From a virus, in the IMG/VR virus record IMGVR_UViG_3300017917_001616, positions 1-64,000 of that record: a stretch of DNA of 64,000 nt. One strand, written 5' to 3'. The notes below the pieces were generated by a model. It worked only from the letters and a program-made list of their open reading frames with translations. It had not been told where the DNA came from and made no database searches. This document shows, piece after piece, positions 45,075-55,642 of the stretch. The translations under genes and the position numbers were made by a program. Within the stretch, counting starts at the first letter, position 1, and each line of letters opens with the position of its first letter.

Positions 45075-45869
45075 ATGAATTATCAAGGCACCGCATACAG
45101 CTATAACCAACGAGCAGAAATACTTGTTCCTAATAGAAAAGGAACAACATACTTTGTTCCGCAAAATGCAAGAAATTTAGTTATATATACCGGTCTAGAT
45201 ACTGATATTGAATTTTTTATAGCCGACAGTAGCAGAAAACCAGTTAACCTTAGCGGCAAGACTTTTGTAGCCCAATTAGTAGATAGAACTACTGATACTG
45301 TTCGTTTGACAGAAACCCTTGTTCCAATTAATTACGAAACTAGTAATCTAGTTATGCGTGTTTCACAAGATGATACAGTTGACTTAACTGAAGGACTATA
45401 CGATCTTGTAATTACTTATACAGACGCACAAAACAGAACTTTTGGACTTTTAAGTGACCAAAACAATAGAATAACTTTTGTTCTAGAAGTTAAAGAAAAC
45501 CCACTGCCTGAATTAAGAGAGAGCGCAACACTTAATACTTTCACAACAATCAGCGGCGGCTATTATACAAGCAGAACTGCAGGAACAGCGCAATCATTCA
45601 ACAAGGACGGCACTAACACTTGTGCAGTATACTTAGATGGTTATACAGGTGTGTTTTATGCACAAGGCACACTGGAATTAAATCCAACAGAATCGGACTG
45701 GTTTACTATACAGTTAGATCCAGAAAATGCAGAAGACGGTTATACGTTTACCAATGAATCAGGTGTTATCCCGTTTACATGGGACGGTATGTTCATGTGG
45801 GTAAGATTCTATCATATGCCAGATGTTGCTAACACCGGAACACTTGACAAAGTATTATATAGAAACTAA
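45075..45869 (+). CDS. Probable virion/baseplate protein
   Basis: TAAATA and GGAG SD; beta-rich, Thr-rich. Confidence 0.55.
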   Translation: MNYQGTAYSYNQRAEILVPNRKGTTYFVPQNARNLVIYTGLDTDIEFFIADSSRKPVNLSGKTFVAQLVDRTTDTVRLTETLVPINYETSNLVMRVSQDDTVDLTEGLYDLVITYTDAQNRTFGLLSDQNNRITFVLEVKENPLPELRESATLNTFTTISGGYYTSRTAGTAQSFNKDGTNTCAVYLDGYTGVFYAQGTLELNPTESDWFTIQLDPENAEDGYTFTNESGVIPFTWDGMFMWVRFYHMPDVANTGTLDKVLYRN

Positions 45870-45878
45870 TATTATTGC

Positions 45879-46895
45879 ATGTTAGCCTTAGAATTTATTC
45901 GACAGCAAATACCACACGGCTGGCGGCAAACGCCTAGCGGTTGGATCAGTGGAAACTGTCCAATGTGTGCTACTCGTGGTCATCGCCCCGACACTCGTCG
46001 GCGTGGCGGTATCATGTTTGTTGACGACAAGTTCCAATACAATTGCTTTAACTGCAGTTATAAAACAGGTTGGAGTCCAGGTAAGCGTATCAATGATAGA
46101 TTGAAAGACTTACTTGTGCAGTTTGGAACTGATCCTGCACAAATCCAACGAGTCAATTTCGAACTTCTTAAAGAAGCCGACGCTGAAAATATTGCTAAAC
46201 AGTTTCTTCCTGTCGCTACAGTTGAAGAAGTAAAGGTATATTGGAAAGAATACGAACTACCTCCTCATTCGAAGTTGCTGCAAGAAGTAGATACAACAGA
46301 ACTCACTGACGAACAATTAGAAAAGTTCATCGTTGCATGTGAATATGTTGCAAGTCGTAGTTTAGACTTTTACGATAAATGGCATTGGTCCCCGCATAGT
46401 CATTTTGTAAATCGGGTCATCTTGCCCTTTTATCATAATGACATGGTAGTCGGTTATACTGCTCGGTGGACGTTACCTGACCGCTCGGCAGAAATGCCTA
46501 AGTATTATTTGCAAAGTCCAAAAAACTTTGTGTATAACTTAGATGCACAAGGTGATCATGAATATGTTATTGTTACTGAAGGTCAGCTAGACGCACTGCT
46601 AGTTGGTGGCGTTGCACTGAATGGTAATACTCCAAATCCGACACAATGTAGCATTATTGACCAGTTAAACAAAAAAGTTATTTTGTTGCCGGATTTTGAC
46701 AAGCCAGGGCTCGAAACAGTTAAGATTGCAATTAAGAGAAACTGGTCAGTTAGTTTCCCTCCATGGGAGAACTGCAAGGACGCAGGCGATGCGGTTGCTA
46801 AATATGGCAGACTGTTCACTGTGCGTAGTATCTTAGATAGTGCTGAGACTAGCAGCACAAAGATTCAGATTTTAGCAAAGCAATATTGTAGATGA
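45879..46895 (+). CDS. DNA primase
   Basis: Zn finger CPMC...CFNC; TOPRIM VTEG.LDA, PDFD, KDAGD. Confidence 0.88.
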   Translation: MLALEFIRQQIPHGWRQTPSGWISGNCPMCATRGHRPDTRRRGGIMFVDDKFQYNCFNCSYKTGWSPGKRINDRLKDLLVQFGTDPAQIQRVNFELLKEADAENIAKQFLPVATVEEVKVYWKEYELPPHSKLLQEVDTTELTDEQLEKFIVACEYVASRSLDFYDKWHWSPHSHFVNRVILPFYHNDMVVGYTARWTLPDRSAEMPKYYLQSPKNFVYNLDAQGDHEYVIVTEGQLDALLVGGVALNGNTPNPTQCSIIDQLNKKVILLPDFDKPGLETVKIAIKRNWSVSFPPWENCKDAGDAVAKYGRLFTVRSILDSAETSSTKIQILAKQYCR

Positions 46896-47094
46896 AATAT
46901 GTGGGTGTTATGGGAATACATTGGGCAGGAGATAAACGATTTGCGTGGCGACCAATAAAGCTAGATTCGAACAAATATGTTTGGTTGACACATTATTATG
47001 TAGTTGTTACATTTACAGGGTTAACTAATTATTACGAAATATTAGATTGTGAAAAGTTGTCAGTAGACGAATACATTGTTAGGAAGTTGTCGAG

Positions 47095-48492
47095 ATGAGT
47101 GAAGAATATACAGATGAATTACAAAAATTATATATTGAGTTCTTGTTAGCCGAGAAGGATCTGTATGTTCGGTGTAATGCGATCACGAACCCAAAATACT
47201 TTTCTAGGAAGTTTCAACCTACTATTACGTTTATTGACGAGCATGTTAGAAAATATAACGACTTGCCTACACTTGAACAAATCAAAGCAAAAACACAACA
47301 GCAGTTCGACGACATCACTGGTAAAGTAACAGATGACCACAAAAAGTGGTTTATGGACGAATACGAAAAGTTTTGTCGACATAAGGCACTTGAAAACGCA
47401 ATTTTACAAAGTGCTGATAAACTCGAGAAACACGAATACGGTGCAGTTGAACAATTAATCAAAGATGCAGTAGGCATTGGTCTTGCTAAAAACTTTGGTC
47501 TTAACTACTGGGATGACCCTGCAGGACGTATTCAAAAGATTAAAGACAATAGAGGTCAAAACAGCACTGGCTGGGCAAGCCTTGATAAAATTTTGTATGG
47601 TGGATTTAACCCGGGCGAATTAAATATTTTCGCAGGTGGTTCTGGATCCGGTAAATCGTTGTTCATGCAAAACATGGCATTGAACTGGGCGCTACAAGGT
47701 AAGAACGTTGTTTACGTAAGTTTAGAACTTAGCGAAGAACTATGCTCTATGCGTCTTGATGCTATGCTTACAAACATGAGCACCGTCAATGTTATGCGTA
47801 ATCCAGAAGATGTAGAACTTAAAGTTAAGATAGCATCTAAAAAAGCAGGCATATTACAGATCATTCAAATGCCTAACGGTTCTACTGTCAACGACATTAG
47901 AGCTTATATTAAAGAGTATCAGATACAAAAGCGTATCAAAGTCGATGCGCTGTTCGTTGACTACCTGGACCTTATGATGCCAGTTAGTGTAAAAGTAAAT
48001 CCTAGCGATCAGTTTATTAAAGACAAGTATGTATCGGAAGAGTTACGTAACTTGGCAATTGAATTGCATATCTTGTTTGTTACGGCATCGCAGTTAAACC
48101 GTAGCGCAGTTGATGAAATTGAGTTTGACCATAGCCACATTGCAGGTGGTATTTCTAAGATCAATACAGCAGATAACTTGATTGGTATTTTTAGTAGCCG
48201 TGCAATGCGTGAGCGTGGTCGTGTTCAAATTCAGTTTATGAAAACACGTAGTAGCAGTGGTGTGGGCACCAAGCTGGACTTAGGTTACAACATGGAAACG
48301 TTGCGTATTACTGATTTGGATGAAGATGAACAAGACAGCAGTGAAAACCAAGTAACTAGCATTTATCAAAAGCTAAAAACAAAAAGCTCTATTACACCAG
48401 GAGAGCAAGCTGCACAGCCAGCAGCGCCTGTAATGACACATTCTAATGTTAATACAGATAAACTAAAAAGTTTACTTAAACGAAGAGAGTAA
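47095..48492 (+). CDS. Replicative DnaB/gp41-like helicase
   Basis: GGSGSGKS, SLEL, VDYLDL, TASQLNR, KTR. Confidence 0.93.
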   Translation: MSEEYTDELQKLYIEFLLAEKDLYVRCNAITNPKYFSRKFQPTITFIDEHVRKYNDLPTLEQIKAKTQQQFDDITGKVTDDHKKWFMDEYEKFCRHKALENAILQSADKLEKHEYGAVEQLIKDAVGIGLAKNFGLNYWDDPAGRIQKIKDNRGQNSTGWASLDKILYGGFNPGELNIFAGGSGSGKSLFMQNMALNWALQGKNVVYVSLELSEELCSMRLDAMLTNMSTVNVMRNPEDVELKVKIASKKAGILQIIQMPNGSTVNDIRAYIKEYQIQKRIKVDALFVDYLDLMMPVSVKVNPSDQFIKDKYVSEELRNLAIELHILFVTASQLNRSAVDEIEFDHSHIAGGISKINTADNLIGIFSSRAMRERGRVQIQFMKTRSSSGVGTKLDLGYNMETLRITDLDEDEQDSSENQVTSIYQKLKTKSSITPGEQAAQPAAPVMTHSNVNTDKLKSLLKRRE

Positions 48493-48755
48493 GTGCTGAA
48501 GCAAAGATGTTGTTGACCTTATCTTTATCTATATATGATTCTGAACGACGAGCAGAGCCAAACGGAGTCAATAAGTATGAGCCTGTGTGTGCCAAATCGT
48601 AAGCCTGTATTTTGCTCGCCTGTCATTGATGTTCTAGTTCTTATAAGCAATGAATCTGTTGTCCAGGTATCAGGTTGTCCGTAACTGCCATAAGTGCTGA
48701 TCATCAATGCTTCAGCTAAAAATATTTACCAGCTAAACCGCTAAATAGTGTTATA

Positions 48756-49028
48756 ATGAAGAAAAATACGAGATCTATTTTAGAAGAAATCAATGCAATG
48801 TCTCCCAAAAGAGACAAAAAGCAAATTGTTGAATCTAATGCACAGCAAGTTATCATTACTGCGATTAATCTTATAAAGTTGATTAATGAAAGTTTTGATC
48901 CAGAAGTTGCAGAAGATTTAAACAAGCGTTTGCTAGCTAGTATTCGACTACAGGATCCGAAAAAATTTAGTAGAGGAATAGCAAAAATTGAAGATAAGAG
49001 ACATCCTAAGTGGGACAAAGAAGCGTAG
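48756..49028 (+). CDS. Hypothetical protein
   Basis: TAAATA upstream. Confidence 0.6.
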   Translation: MKKNTRSILEEINAMSPKRDKKQIVESNAQQVIITAINLIKLINESFDPEVAEDLNKRLLASIRLQDPKKFSRGIAKIEDKRHPKWDKEA

Positions 49029-49749
49029 GGCAGGACGTGGCCCACGTGTTAAGCGTCTACTTCAACACGATTTGATAATTAAAGAAGGCGGCAACGTCTT
49101 CTCAGATGCACAGCCTTTTGCACACGAAATGATTCCTACTATTGTTGCAACAGTTAATAAAGTGCTGGCGCAAACAGGAGCAAAAGCTATTCCGATTGGC
49201 AGTGGTGCTACACCAACGCCTGGTAAAGTTAGCGGCGACTTAGATTTAATCGTCGATCAAGATACACTAGCCCGTGAATTCAAATTAGAAGATCCAAAAT
49301 TAATAAGAAAAAAATTACGTCAAGTATTTGACCTTGCAGGTTTGCAAACAGGTCAAAGCGGTGTTAGTGTTCATGTTAGAGTGCCAATGGAAGATCACTC
49401 GCATCAAGTTGACATTATGGTTGTTCCTAATGCAGAAGATGTTTCTAAATTCCATACACATGCTATTCCCCAAGGTAGTCCTTTTAAAGGTGTTAATAAA
49501 CATATTGCAATGTCATACCTTGCAAAACAAAAAGGCTTAAAGTGGAGCGGTTTTAAAGGTTTACTAAAGCGTGACGACGACAGTATGGTATCAAAAGATG
49601 TTAACGATGTTGCTAAAATATTATTAGGACCGTCTGCGTCGGCTGCAGATTTAGGTAGCGTCGAAGCAATTATGAATGCGTTGCCAGATAAAGGACAACA
49701 AATGCTAGCGGATTTGAGAGCAGATCCGAACTGGAAGGAAATAGCGTAA
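48988..49749 (+). CDS. Nucleotidyltransferase-like protein (Pol beta superfamily)
   Basis: GS...SGDLDL...QVDIM motif. Confidence 0.6.
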   Translation: MKIRDILSGTKKRRAGRGPRVKRLLQHDLIIKEGGNVFSDAQPFAHEMIPTIVATVNKVLAQTGAKAIPIGSGATPTPGKVSGDLDLIVDQDTLAREFKLEDPKLIRKKLRQVFDLAGLQTGQSGVSVHVRVPMEDHSHQVDIMVVPNAEDVSKFHTHAIPQGSPFKGVNKHIAMSYLAKQKGLKWSGFKGLLKRDDDSMVSKDVNDVAKILLGPSASAADLGSVEAIMNALPDKGQQMLADLRADPNWKEIA

Positions 49750-50931
49750 ATGAAAGCCAATGAGTTTTTAGCAGAAGCATGGAGCGAAAAATACAAGCGT
49801 AGTATTAATTGCAACAACCCGAAAGGATTTTCGCAAAAAGCTCATTGCGCTGGCCGTAAAAAAAATGAAAGTGTAACCGAAGCAACAAAGGTCGGCCGTG
49901 AATGGCAACACTTGGAAGACCTAGTATTTGTTGATGGAAGTCAAGGCGCATTGCAAGCTGCAAAAATATTGCAAGATATGGGTAGCGGGGCTACCGCACT
50001 CAACATCAAGTGGGACGGTAGAATTGCAGTTTATTGGGGTCGTGAACCAGACGGCACATTTGTATTAGTCGGAAAAAATGGATGGGGTAAAGACAAATAC
50101 ACATCTCCCGAAGAAATGCAAACCGCTATAACAACTGCAGGAAAAGGCGAAGAATGGCGGCAAAAGCTAGGTGCAGACATGGCACAAGTATTTGCTATCA
50201 TGGAGCGTAACACACCTGCTAATTTTAAAGGGTATGCGTTCGGCGACTTGCTATGGTATCCCGGAGAACCGTTTGCTGTAACTAAACAAGGCATTTCATT
50301 TACCCCAAACAAAGTTACATATACCGTCAATCCTCAAAGTGAATTAGGTAAGCGTGTTGCAAATAGTAGTGTAGGAATCGCTGCACATTTATACTATAAA
50401 AATTTCGGCGATGCAGAAGGCTCGCCTTTAACTGATGTAACAGCATTAAACTCTGCAGACGCTGTTGTGTTAAATTCTAGAATCACTTCATACAAAACAA
50501 AAATAGATACAAGTGCAGTTAACGAGATTGTATCCCTAGCTAAAGCACATGCAAATGAAATCGACGACTTGTTAGCACCACAGCCTGGGTTAAGTGATAT
50601 GAAAAATATCATATACACTTATGTTAATCAAATGAGCAGAGCAGGACGCTTAAATGAACTTGCGACCGGATTTACAGACTGGCTTAAAACTAGCAAAGTA
50701 AGTCCGCAAAAGCAAGCTAAAATTCTTGCAATGCCACAAAGCAAGTCTATACCTTTGCTCTTTGAACTAGTGTTAAAAGTGCAAAGTGTTAAAAACGATA
50801 TTATTGACCAATTGGATCAGCAAACAGCAGATATAACTGCTACTACTGACGGACAACCAGGCGGCGAAGGTTACGCAGCAAACATAGAAAAAGTTAAACT
50901 GGTGCCACGTCACCGCTGGACCCCAAGCTAA
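49750..50931 (+). CDS. Hypothetical protein with ligase-like KWDG motif
   Basis: HLEDL, KWDG, GDLL, GEGY, KLV.R. Confidence 0.55.
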   Translation: MKANEFLAEAWSEKYKRSINCNNPKGFSQKAHCAGRKKNESVTEATKVGREWQHLEDLVFVDGSQGALQAAKILQDMGSGATALNIKWDGRIAVYWGREPDGTFVLVGKNGWGKDKYTSPEEMQTAITTAGKGEEWRQKLGADMAQVFAIMERNTPANFKGYAFGDLLWYPGEPFAVTKQGISFTPNKVTYTVNPQSELGKRVANSSVGIAAHLYYKNFGDAEGSPLTDVTALNSADAVVLNSRITSYKTKIDTSAVNEIVSLAKAHANEIDDLLAPQPGLSDMKNIIYTYVNQMSRAGRLNELATGFTDWLKTSKVSPQKQAKILAMPQSKSIPLLFELVLKVQSVKNDIIDQLDQQTADITATTDGQPGGEGYAANIEKVKLVPRHRWTPS

Positions 50932-50944
50932 GGTAAATATCGAT

Positions 50945-51664
50945 ATGGAACAACGATACACAGCAAATGAATATGCACAATTAGCAGGCGGACACACTGT
51001 AGAAGAAACTAAACCTTCACTACAACTAAGTATCATTTCGGATTTAAATGAAAGCACTATGTTCAGATCAAAGCAACAAGTGCAAACAACAGACGCAAGA
51101 TTTATGATTGATTTTGCGTTTATCAATCTGTTAACAATCGAGTTATTATTCAACGAAGGCGAAACTAATTCATCTGCACAGTCGTATGCAGCTAAGACAA
51201 TACAGTATCAAAACTTTAATAGTTACCAACAATCAGGAACAGATTTGTATATTGCATTGAATAGTATTTTGACAAAAAAATTAGTAGGTGACCGTCTTGT
51301 TGCTAGCAAAATAAACAAACTAGCTGTTCCGTATAGTAAAATTAAAGATTACTTAATAAAGTTAAGCAATGGTGTTTCTTATCCGGGCGCTAATGCATTT
51401 TTCTTTTCGTTAGAGCGTAGTTTCGATATTACTAACTCGAACTATAAAGATTTGAGAAGATTAATTACTAACTGGTCAAATTTAGACGATAATCAACAAA
51501 AGTTAGTAGTAACTCGTTTATTACAGTTTTATAGAACAACTGCAATACGTAGCGAATTATATCAAGTGCTAAATGATTACGCAAGAGAACAGGATCTAGA
51601 ATTGAAAAATGTTAAAAACGCAGAACAACCAAGATCATCAGTTTCTCCGTTAAGTAAACTTTAA
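50945..51664 (+). CDS. Hypothetical late protein
   Basis: TAAATA upstream. Confidence 0.6.
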   Translation: MEQRYTANEYAQLAGGHTVEETKPSLQLSIISDLNESTMFRSKQQVQTTDARFMIDFAFINLLTIELLFNEGETNSSAQSYAAKTIQYQNFNSYQQSGTDLYIALNSILTKKLVGDRLVASKINKLAVPYSKIKDYLIKLSNGVSYPGANAFFFSLERSFDITNSNYKDLRRLITNWSNLDDNQQKLVVTRLLQFYRTTAIRSELYQVLNDYAREQDLELKNVKNAEQPRSSVSPLSKL

Positions 51665-51692
51665 TAGTTCGTGATATTTTATAGGTTACTAG

Positions 51693-52109
51693 TTGACACA
51701 GCAATTCACAGCATACACGTTAGTTGATATTACAGAAACAAATGTTTTTAATAGTAAAACTTTAGATACTAAAGGTTACAATCAACAACAAAATTTAAAC
51801 ACATTGATACAATTAATAAGTATGCGTAGTCAGCCTATTAATATCCGTGTGACTGCATTACAGACACAAGATTTAGTTAATTTTAGATTCGGAAAACAAT
51901 TTTCAGGACTACATAGTGTGTGGAAACTCGACTTTGCATCTGAGCATACGGATGTATACAATCATAATGAAGATGCTGTTTATTTTTTAAAAGAAGATAG
52001 TGATGGTGCTGCATTTGTATCTAATTTAACTGAAACTGTTAAGTTTAAGCGTGGCACGTTCGAAACTAAAAATAAACATAGTATAAACTTATACTTTTTA
52101 AATTGGTAG
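51693..52109 (+). CDS. Hypothetical protein
   Basis: YTLVDIT.T...QQQN motif. Confidence 0.6.
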   Translation: MTQQFTAYTLVDITETNVFNSKTLDTKGYNQQQNLNTLIQLISMRSQPINIRVTALQTQDLVNFRFGKQFSGLHSVWKLDFASEHTDVYNHNEDAVYFLKEDSDGAAFVSNLTETVKFKRGTFETKNKHSINLYFLNW

Positions 52110-52216
52110 TAAAGTAATAAATATATTAATAAAATTAGGCACAACATTTAGGCACAACATCTAAGGCTCCTATAAACAAATTAGCTAGAAGCTAATGAAG
52201 AAGTAGGCAGTGAACC

Positions 52217-52507
52217 ATGTCTGTTACAATGACAACACAATTAGAGAAAACTAATTTGGAAGCACATGTTGACCTATGCGCTGAAAGATATCGTGTCTTG
52301 GAAGAAAAAGTAAAAAATATTAGTGACCGGTTAGATAACATAGAAGACAAAGTCACTGCCTTACGTGAAGAAGGCATCAAAGCATTTGCACAAATGCGTG
52401 AAGATAACCTTAAGCAAAACCAAACAACTAATAAAATATTGCTAGGCTCTGCAGCAAGCGTTGTTGCAGGCATACTAACAACCATCGTTGTTATATTAAT
52501 GAGCTGA
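52217..52507 (+). CDS. Coiled-coil protein with C-terminal TM helix (holin/XhlA-like architecture)
   Basis: LEAHVDLCAERY, coiled coil, hydrophobic C-terminus. Confidence 0.55.
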   Translation: MSVTMTTQLEKTNLEAHVDLCAERYRVLEEKVKNISDRLDNIEDKVTALREEGIKAFAQMREDNLKQNQTTNKILLGSAASVVAGILTTIVVILMS

Positions 52508-52532
52508 GCATGTAACTGTAATAAATAGTTAT

Positions 52533-52820
52533 ATGGATTTAGATGATTTAACACCAAACAAACCAATTGTCGAGGCACAACTAGTTTGGGCCCGTAAAGG
52601 TAAAACATTGGCTAGAAAATACCGCTGTAGCGTTGGACATAGATCCGGAAGACTAGTTAGCAACCCGGGGCAATGCACACAGCCAGTTGATCTAAAAAAG
52701 CAAATTATATTGCGTAGAACTAAAGCAAAAATGGGTGTAAGATTACAAAAGAAAGCAAAGTTTACTAAACGATTTAATCCGGCAAGCATTGCAGTTCGTA
52801 AACTTAATAAGGTGAAATAA
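52533..52820 (+). CDS. Basic hypothetical protein
   Basis: TAAATA upstream; K/R-rich. Confidence 0.6.
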   Translation: MDLDDLTPNKPIVEAQLVWARKGKTLARKYRCSVGHRSGRLVSNPGQCTQPVDLKKQIILRRTKAKMGVRLQKKAKFTKRFNPASIAVRKLNKVK

Positions 52821-52821
52821 A

Positions 52822-53097
52822 ATGAAAGTTAGTGATATAGTCGAAGCATACGGATTAAATGATGAACCAAATCGAGGCATTTCTAGTGCTTCTATTAGAC
52901 AACAACAATCCGGCGATCCTGCAAATCAGAATAAACGTGCTAATAATGATAACAAAAATGCAAACGACGAAGCTAACATCAAAGCAGCACACGAATATTA
53001 TAAAGAAAAGCGTAGACAATACGCACCCACCGGAATTCCTAATAGGTTATTAAATCCACAGCCCGCCGCTGCACCTGCACAAGGACAGCAAAAATGA
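52822..53097 (+). CDS. Hypothetical protein
   Basis: MKVSDIVE start. Confidence 0.55.
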   Translation: MKVSDIVEAYGLNDEPNRGISSASIRQQQSGDPANQNKRANNDNKNANDEANIKAAHEYYKEKRRQYAPTGIPNRLLNPQPAAAPAQGQQK

Positions 53098-53321
53098 AAA
53101 CATTTGTTACAAAGGGCGGATTTCATACATGGATTAATAGTAGAGAAAGCAAGTTTCTCGAAGAACATTTTAACGACAAAGAGTTACTAGATAAAAAAGA
53201 CTTAAACGAACGTGATGAGTATATTGCCCAAACACTTGTTAGTAGAGGAGTGTTGGACAAAGTTGTAGACCGTAAGTCGGTTAATTATAAGTTAAATGTT
53301 AATAATCTAAATAGGGAATAA
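53094..53321 (+). CDS. Hypothetical protein
   Basis: Translationally coupled ORF. Confidence 0.6.
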   Translation: MKTFVTKGGFHTWINSRESKFLEEHFNDKELLDKKDLNERDEYIAQTLVSRGVLDKVVDRKSVNYKLNVNNLNRE

Positions 53322-53803
53322 TGAAAGATTTACTTAAAGAGCTAGACAAACTAAGTCACGTGATTGATAAGCAATTGCGTGAAGCTGTTGATGACTTGGC
53401 TAAAGAAGCGTTAAAAGATGTTGAGCTTTCGATAGCTATGACTCAAGTAGTAACCGAAAACAGTATAGAAGTTCAGAATTACAGAGTAGATATAGTAGAA
53501 CACGATTTTGCAGGTCGTAAAAAAAAGTTTTATAATATAATTGATACTGAAATTAATGAAACATTGCAAACAGAACTAGGGTTATTTGAAACTGCATTAG
53601 CAATGGTCAAAGCGTATATGTTAGGTAAGTCTAATACAATTCTAGAATTAGAAAAGCATGATCTAGATTATTGTAATGCGTTATATGAAGTATACATGTA
53701 TAAGAATAAACCATACTTGTCAGAAGACATCAGTTTAGCTAAAATCGATAACGCTACTCGTAAGTTGCAAGAAGCGAAACGGAAAATTATTAGAAAACTA
53801 TAA
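53321..53803 (+). CDS. Hypothetical protein
   Basis: Translationally coupled ORF. Confidence 0.6.
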   Translation: MKDLLKELDKLSHVIDKQLREAVDDLAKEALKDVELSIAMTQVVTENSIEVQNYRVDIVEHDFAGRKKKFYNIIDTEINETLQTELGLFETALAMVKAYMLGKSNTILELEKHDLDYCNALYEVYMYKNKPYLSEDISLAKIDNATRKLQEAKRKIIRKL

Positions 53804-53834
53804 ATATACTATAACAGAATCAGGAACCACTATC

Positions 53835-54677
53835 ATGTATTTAAATGACTTAAATTCATCACAGCATAATGTCCAAAAGATTAATAGTGTTCTTGCAAAC
53901 ACTTTTGGGCATAATGTAAATTTGGAAGAAATGAGCACCGATGCATTGCACCGTATGCTAAGAACTACAAACGCTAAAATGGAAGCTATTAAAGAGAGCG
54001 ACCTCAAGTATTGGGAAAATGCACAATACAATAAATTAAACTTAATCGCACACTCATTGAAAACATATATTAGTGAAGTTGCGCCAGCAAGAAAAGATGG
54101 AAAAGCTATGAAAAAGAAAACAATGGAAAGCAGACGAATAATGGAACAAGATTTAGCACAAGCTGAAGTTCTATTAGCAGCACAAGAATTGGTAGACAAG
54201 CTACAAAAAATGGTCGAAGATGTTGCAGCAATGCAAGTTCAAGAACTAATGCCAATTACTGATGCGATGAAAGAGCAAATTGGTTTTGATGTAGCTGAAC
54301 AATACAACAGCGCAGCAGATTCAGCATTGGGATCATTATTAGATCAACTAAAAGCAGCTAAAGAATCACTTGAAAATGCTACACTTCAGGCACAAGGAAA
54401 GCCAGTTAATGCACCTGCACCAACTGACATGGGGCCAGCAGCACCTGAAGATATGGACATGGACATGGGCGACGATTTCGAAGGCGATGATGCTGCCGCA
54501 GGCGCAGACAACACTGTCGGCCGTGAATTAAAAGCTGAAAGTGTTATGGACCGTATGGAAAAAGATGCACTTAAAGAGCAAAGAGTTATCAATGCTAAGA
54601 AAAAAGTGTTAGAAGCAGCAAGAGCAGCAGGCTATACAAGACCACAACTAGAAAAACTATTAAAGCAAATCAGATGA
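53835..54677 (+). CDS. Helical acidic late protein (scaffold/prohead-core-like)
   Basis: TATAAATA upstream; coiled coil plus acidic linker. Confidence 0.5.
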   Translation: MYLNDLNSSQHNVQKINSVLANTFGHNVNLEEMSTDALHRMLRTTNAKMEAIKESDLKYWENAQYNKLNLIAHSLKTYISEVAPARKDGKAMKKKTMESRRIMEQDLAQAEVLLAAQELVDKLQKMVEDVAAMQVQELMPITDAMKEQIGFDVAEQYNSAADSALGSLLDQLKAAKESLENATLQAQGKPVNAPAPTDMGPAAPEDMDMDMGDDFEGDDAAAGADNTVGRELKAESVMDRMEKDALKEQRVINAKKKVLEAARAAGYTRPQLEKLLKQIR

Positions 54678-55000
54678 GATTTTCAGATTTAGTTGAATCC
54701 ACAGTTGAGCAAGATGATATTGCTAACGATCTTGAGGAAATAATCACTCGAGCAAAGGCTCGTGGATACACTAAACTCAATACACCATCCGTGTTATCTA
54801 AATTACAAACAATGGGCTATAGTGTAGATATTATTAGTTTAAAAAGTTTGTTGAAAGATATAAAAAGTGTAGGCGCAGCATCTGATACTGAAATCACTCT
54901 TGATACAGCGGTTCCTGATTCACCAAACGCTGATAAAGAAAAAGACAAAGATACAGTTAGTAAGTTAGCTAACAAGCAAATTAAGAAAAGAATGCCATGA
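54674..55000 (+). CDS. Hypothetical protein
   Basis: MRFSDLVE start. Confidence 0.6.
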   Translation: MRFSDLVESTVEQDDIANDLEEIITRAKARGYTKLNTPSVLSKLQTMGYSVDIISLKSLLKDIKSVGAASDTEITLDTAVPDSPNADKEKDKDTVSKLANKQIKKRMP

Positions 55001-55611
55001 CATATAGTTTTAATAGTAAACAAGCATTAACAGTAGCAAGGAATGATCTTGTAATATTCCGTGAAATAAACACAATCATGGAGCAAGTTATATCCGACGC
55101 AAGCAATGGTTTATATGAAACTACAATAAGCGACGGAACAACAATGACAGAATCAACTCCTGACATTGTTGTTACTGGCACGGTATCAAACCCTACTATT
55201 ACAGTTGGTCAGACTCTTATACTTAATGGCACAACACTTACACTTGGAACTACTGGCACTAGTTTAAAAGCAATCATTGCTGATATCAACGGATATTTTC
55301 CTGGGGTAGTAGCAAGTGCAAATGCTTCTAATAGACTTGTGCTTACAAAAACTACTACTGCAGGTGCATGGACATTTACTGTAGGCGCAGGCACTGCAAA
55401 TACTGCACTTGGGTTAACTGCTACAACACATACTGCAACAAACCCAGACAGCGTATCATATTTCAATGTTTGGAATGGCTCAACAACTGATCGTTCAAAA
55501 ACAGATCAAATGAGCCAAGTTATTGCACATTTTGAAAGTTTAGGGTATAGCATCGAACAACAAACAAATGCATCTACCACTAACACATTCAAATGGGTAA
55601 TTACTTATTGA
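54997..55611 (+). CDS. Probable virion structural protein
   Basis: Thr/Gly/Ala-rich beta protein. Confidence 0.55.
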   Translation: MTYSFNSKQALTVARNDLVIFREINTIMEQVISDASNGLYETTISDGTTMTESTPDIVVTGTVSNPTITVGQTLILNGTTLTLGTTGTSLKAIIADINGYFPGVVASANASNRLVLTKTTTAGAWTFTVGAGTANTALGLTATTHTATNPDSVSYFNVWNGSTTDRSKTDQMSQVIAHFESLGYSIEQQTNASTTNTFKWVITY

Positions 55612-55642
55612 CAATATTGTTACAATACTATATTGTCAAAAC

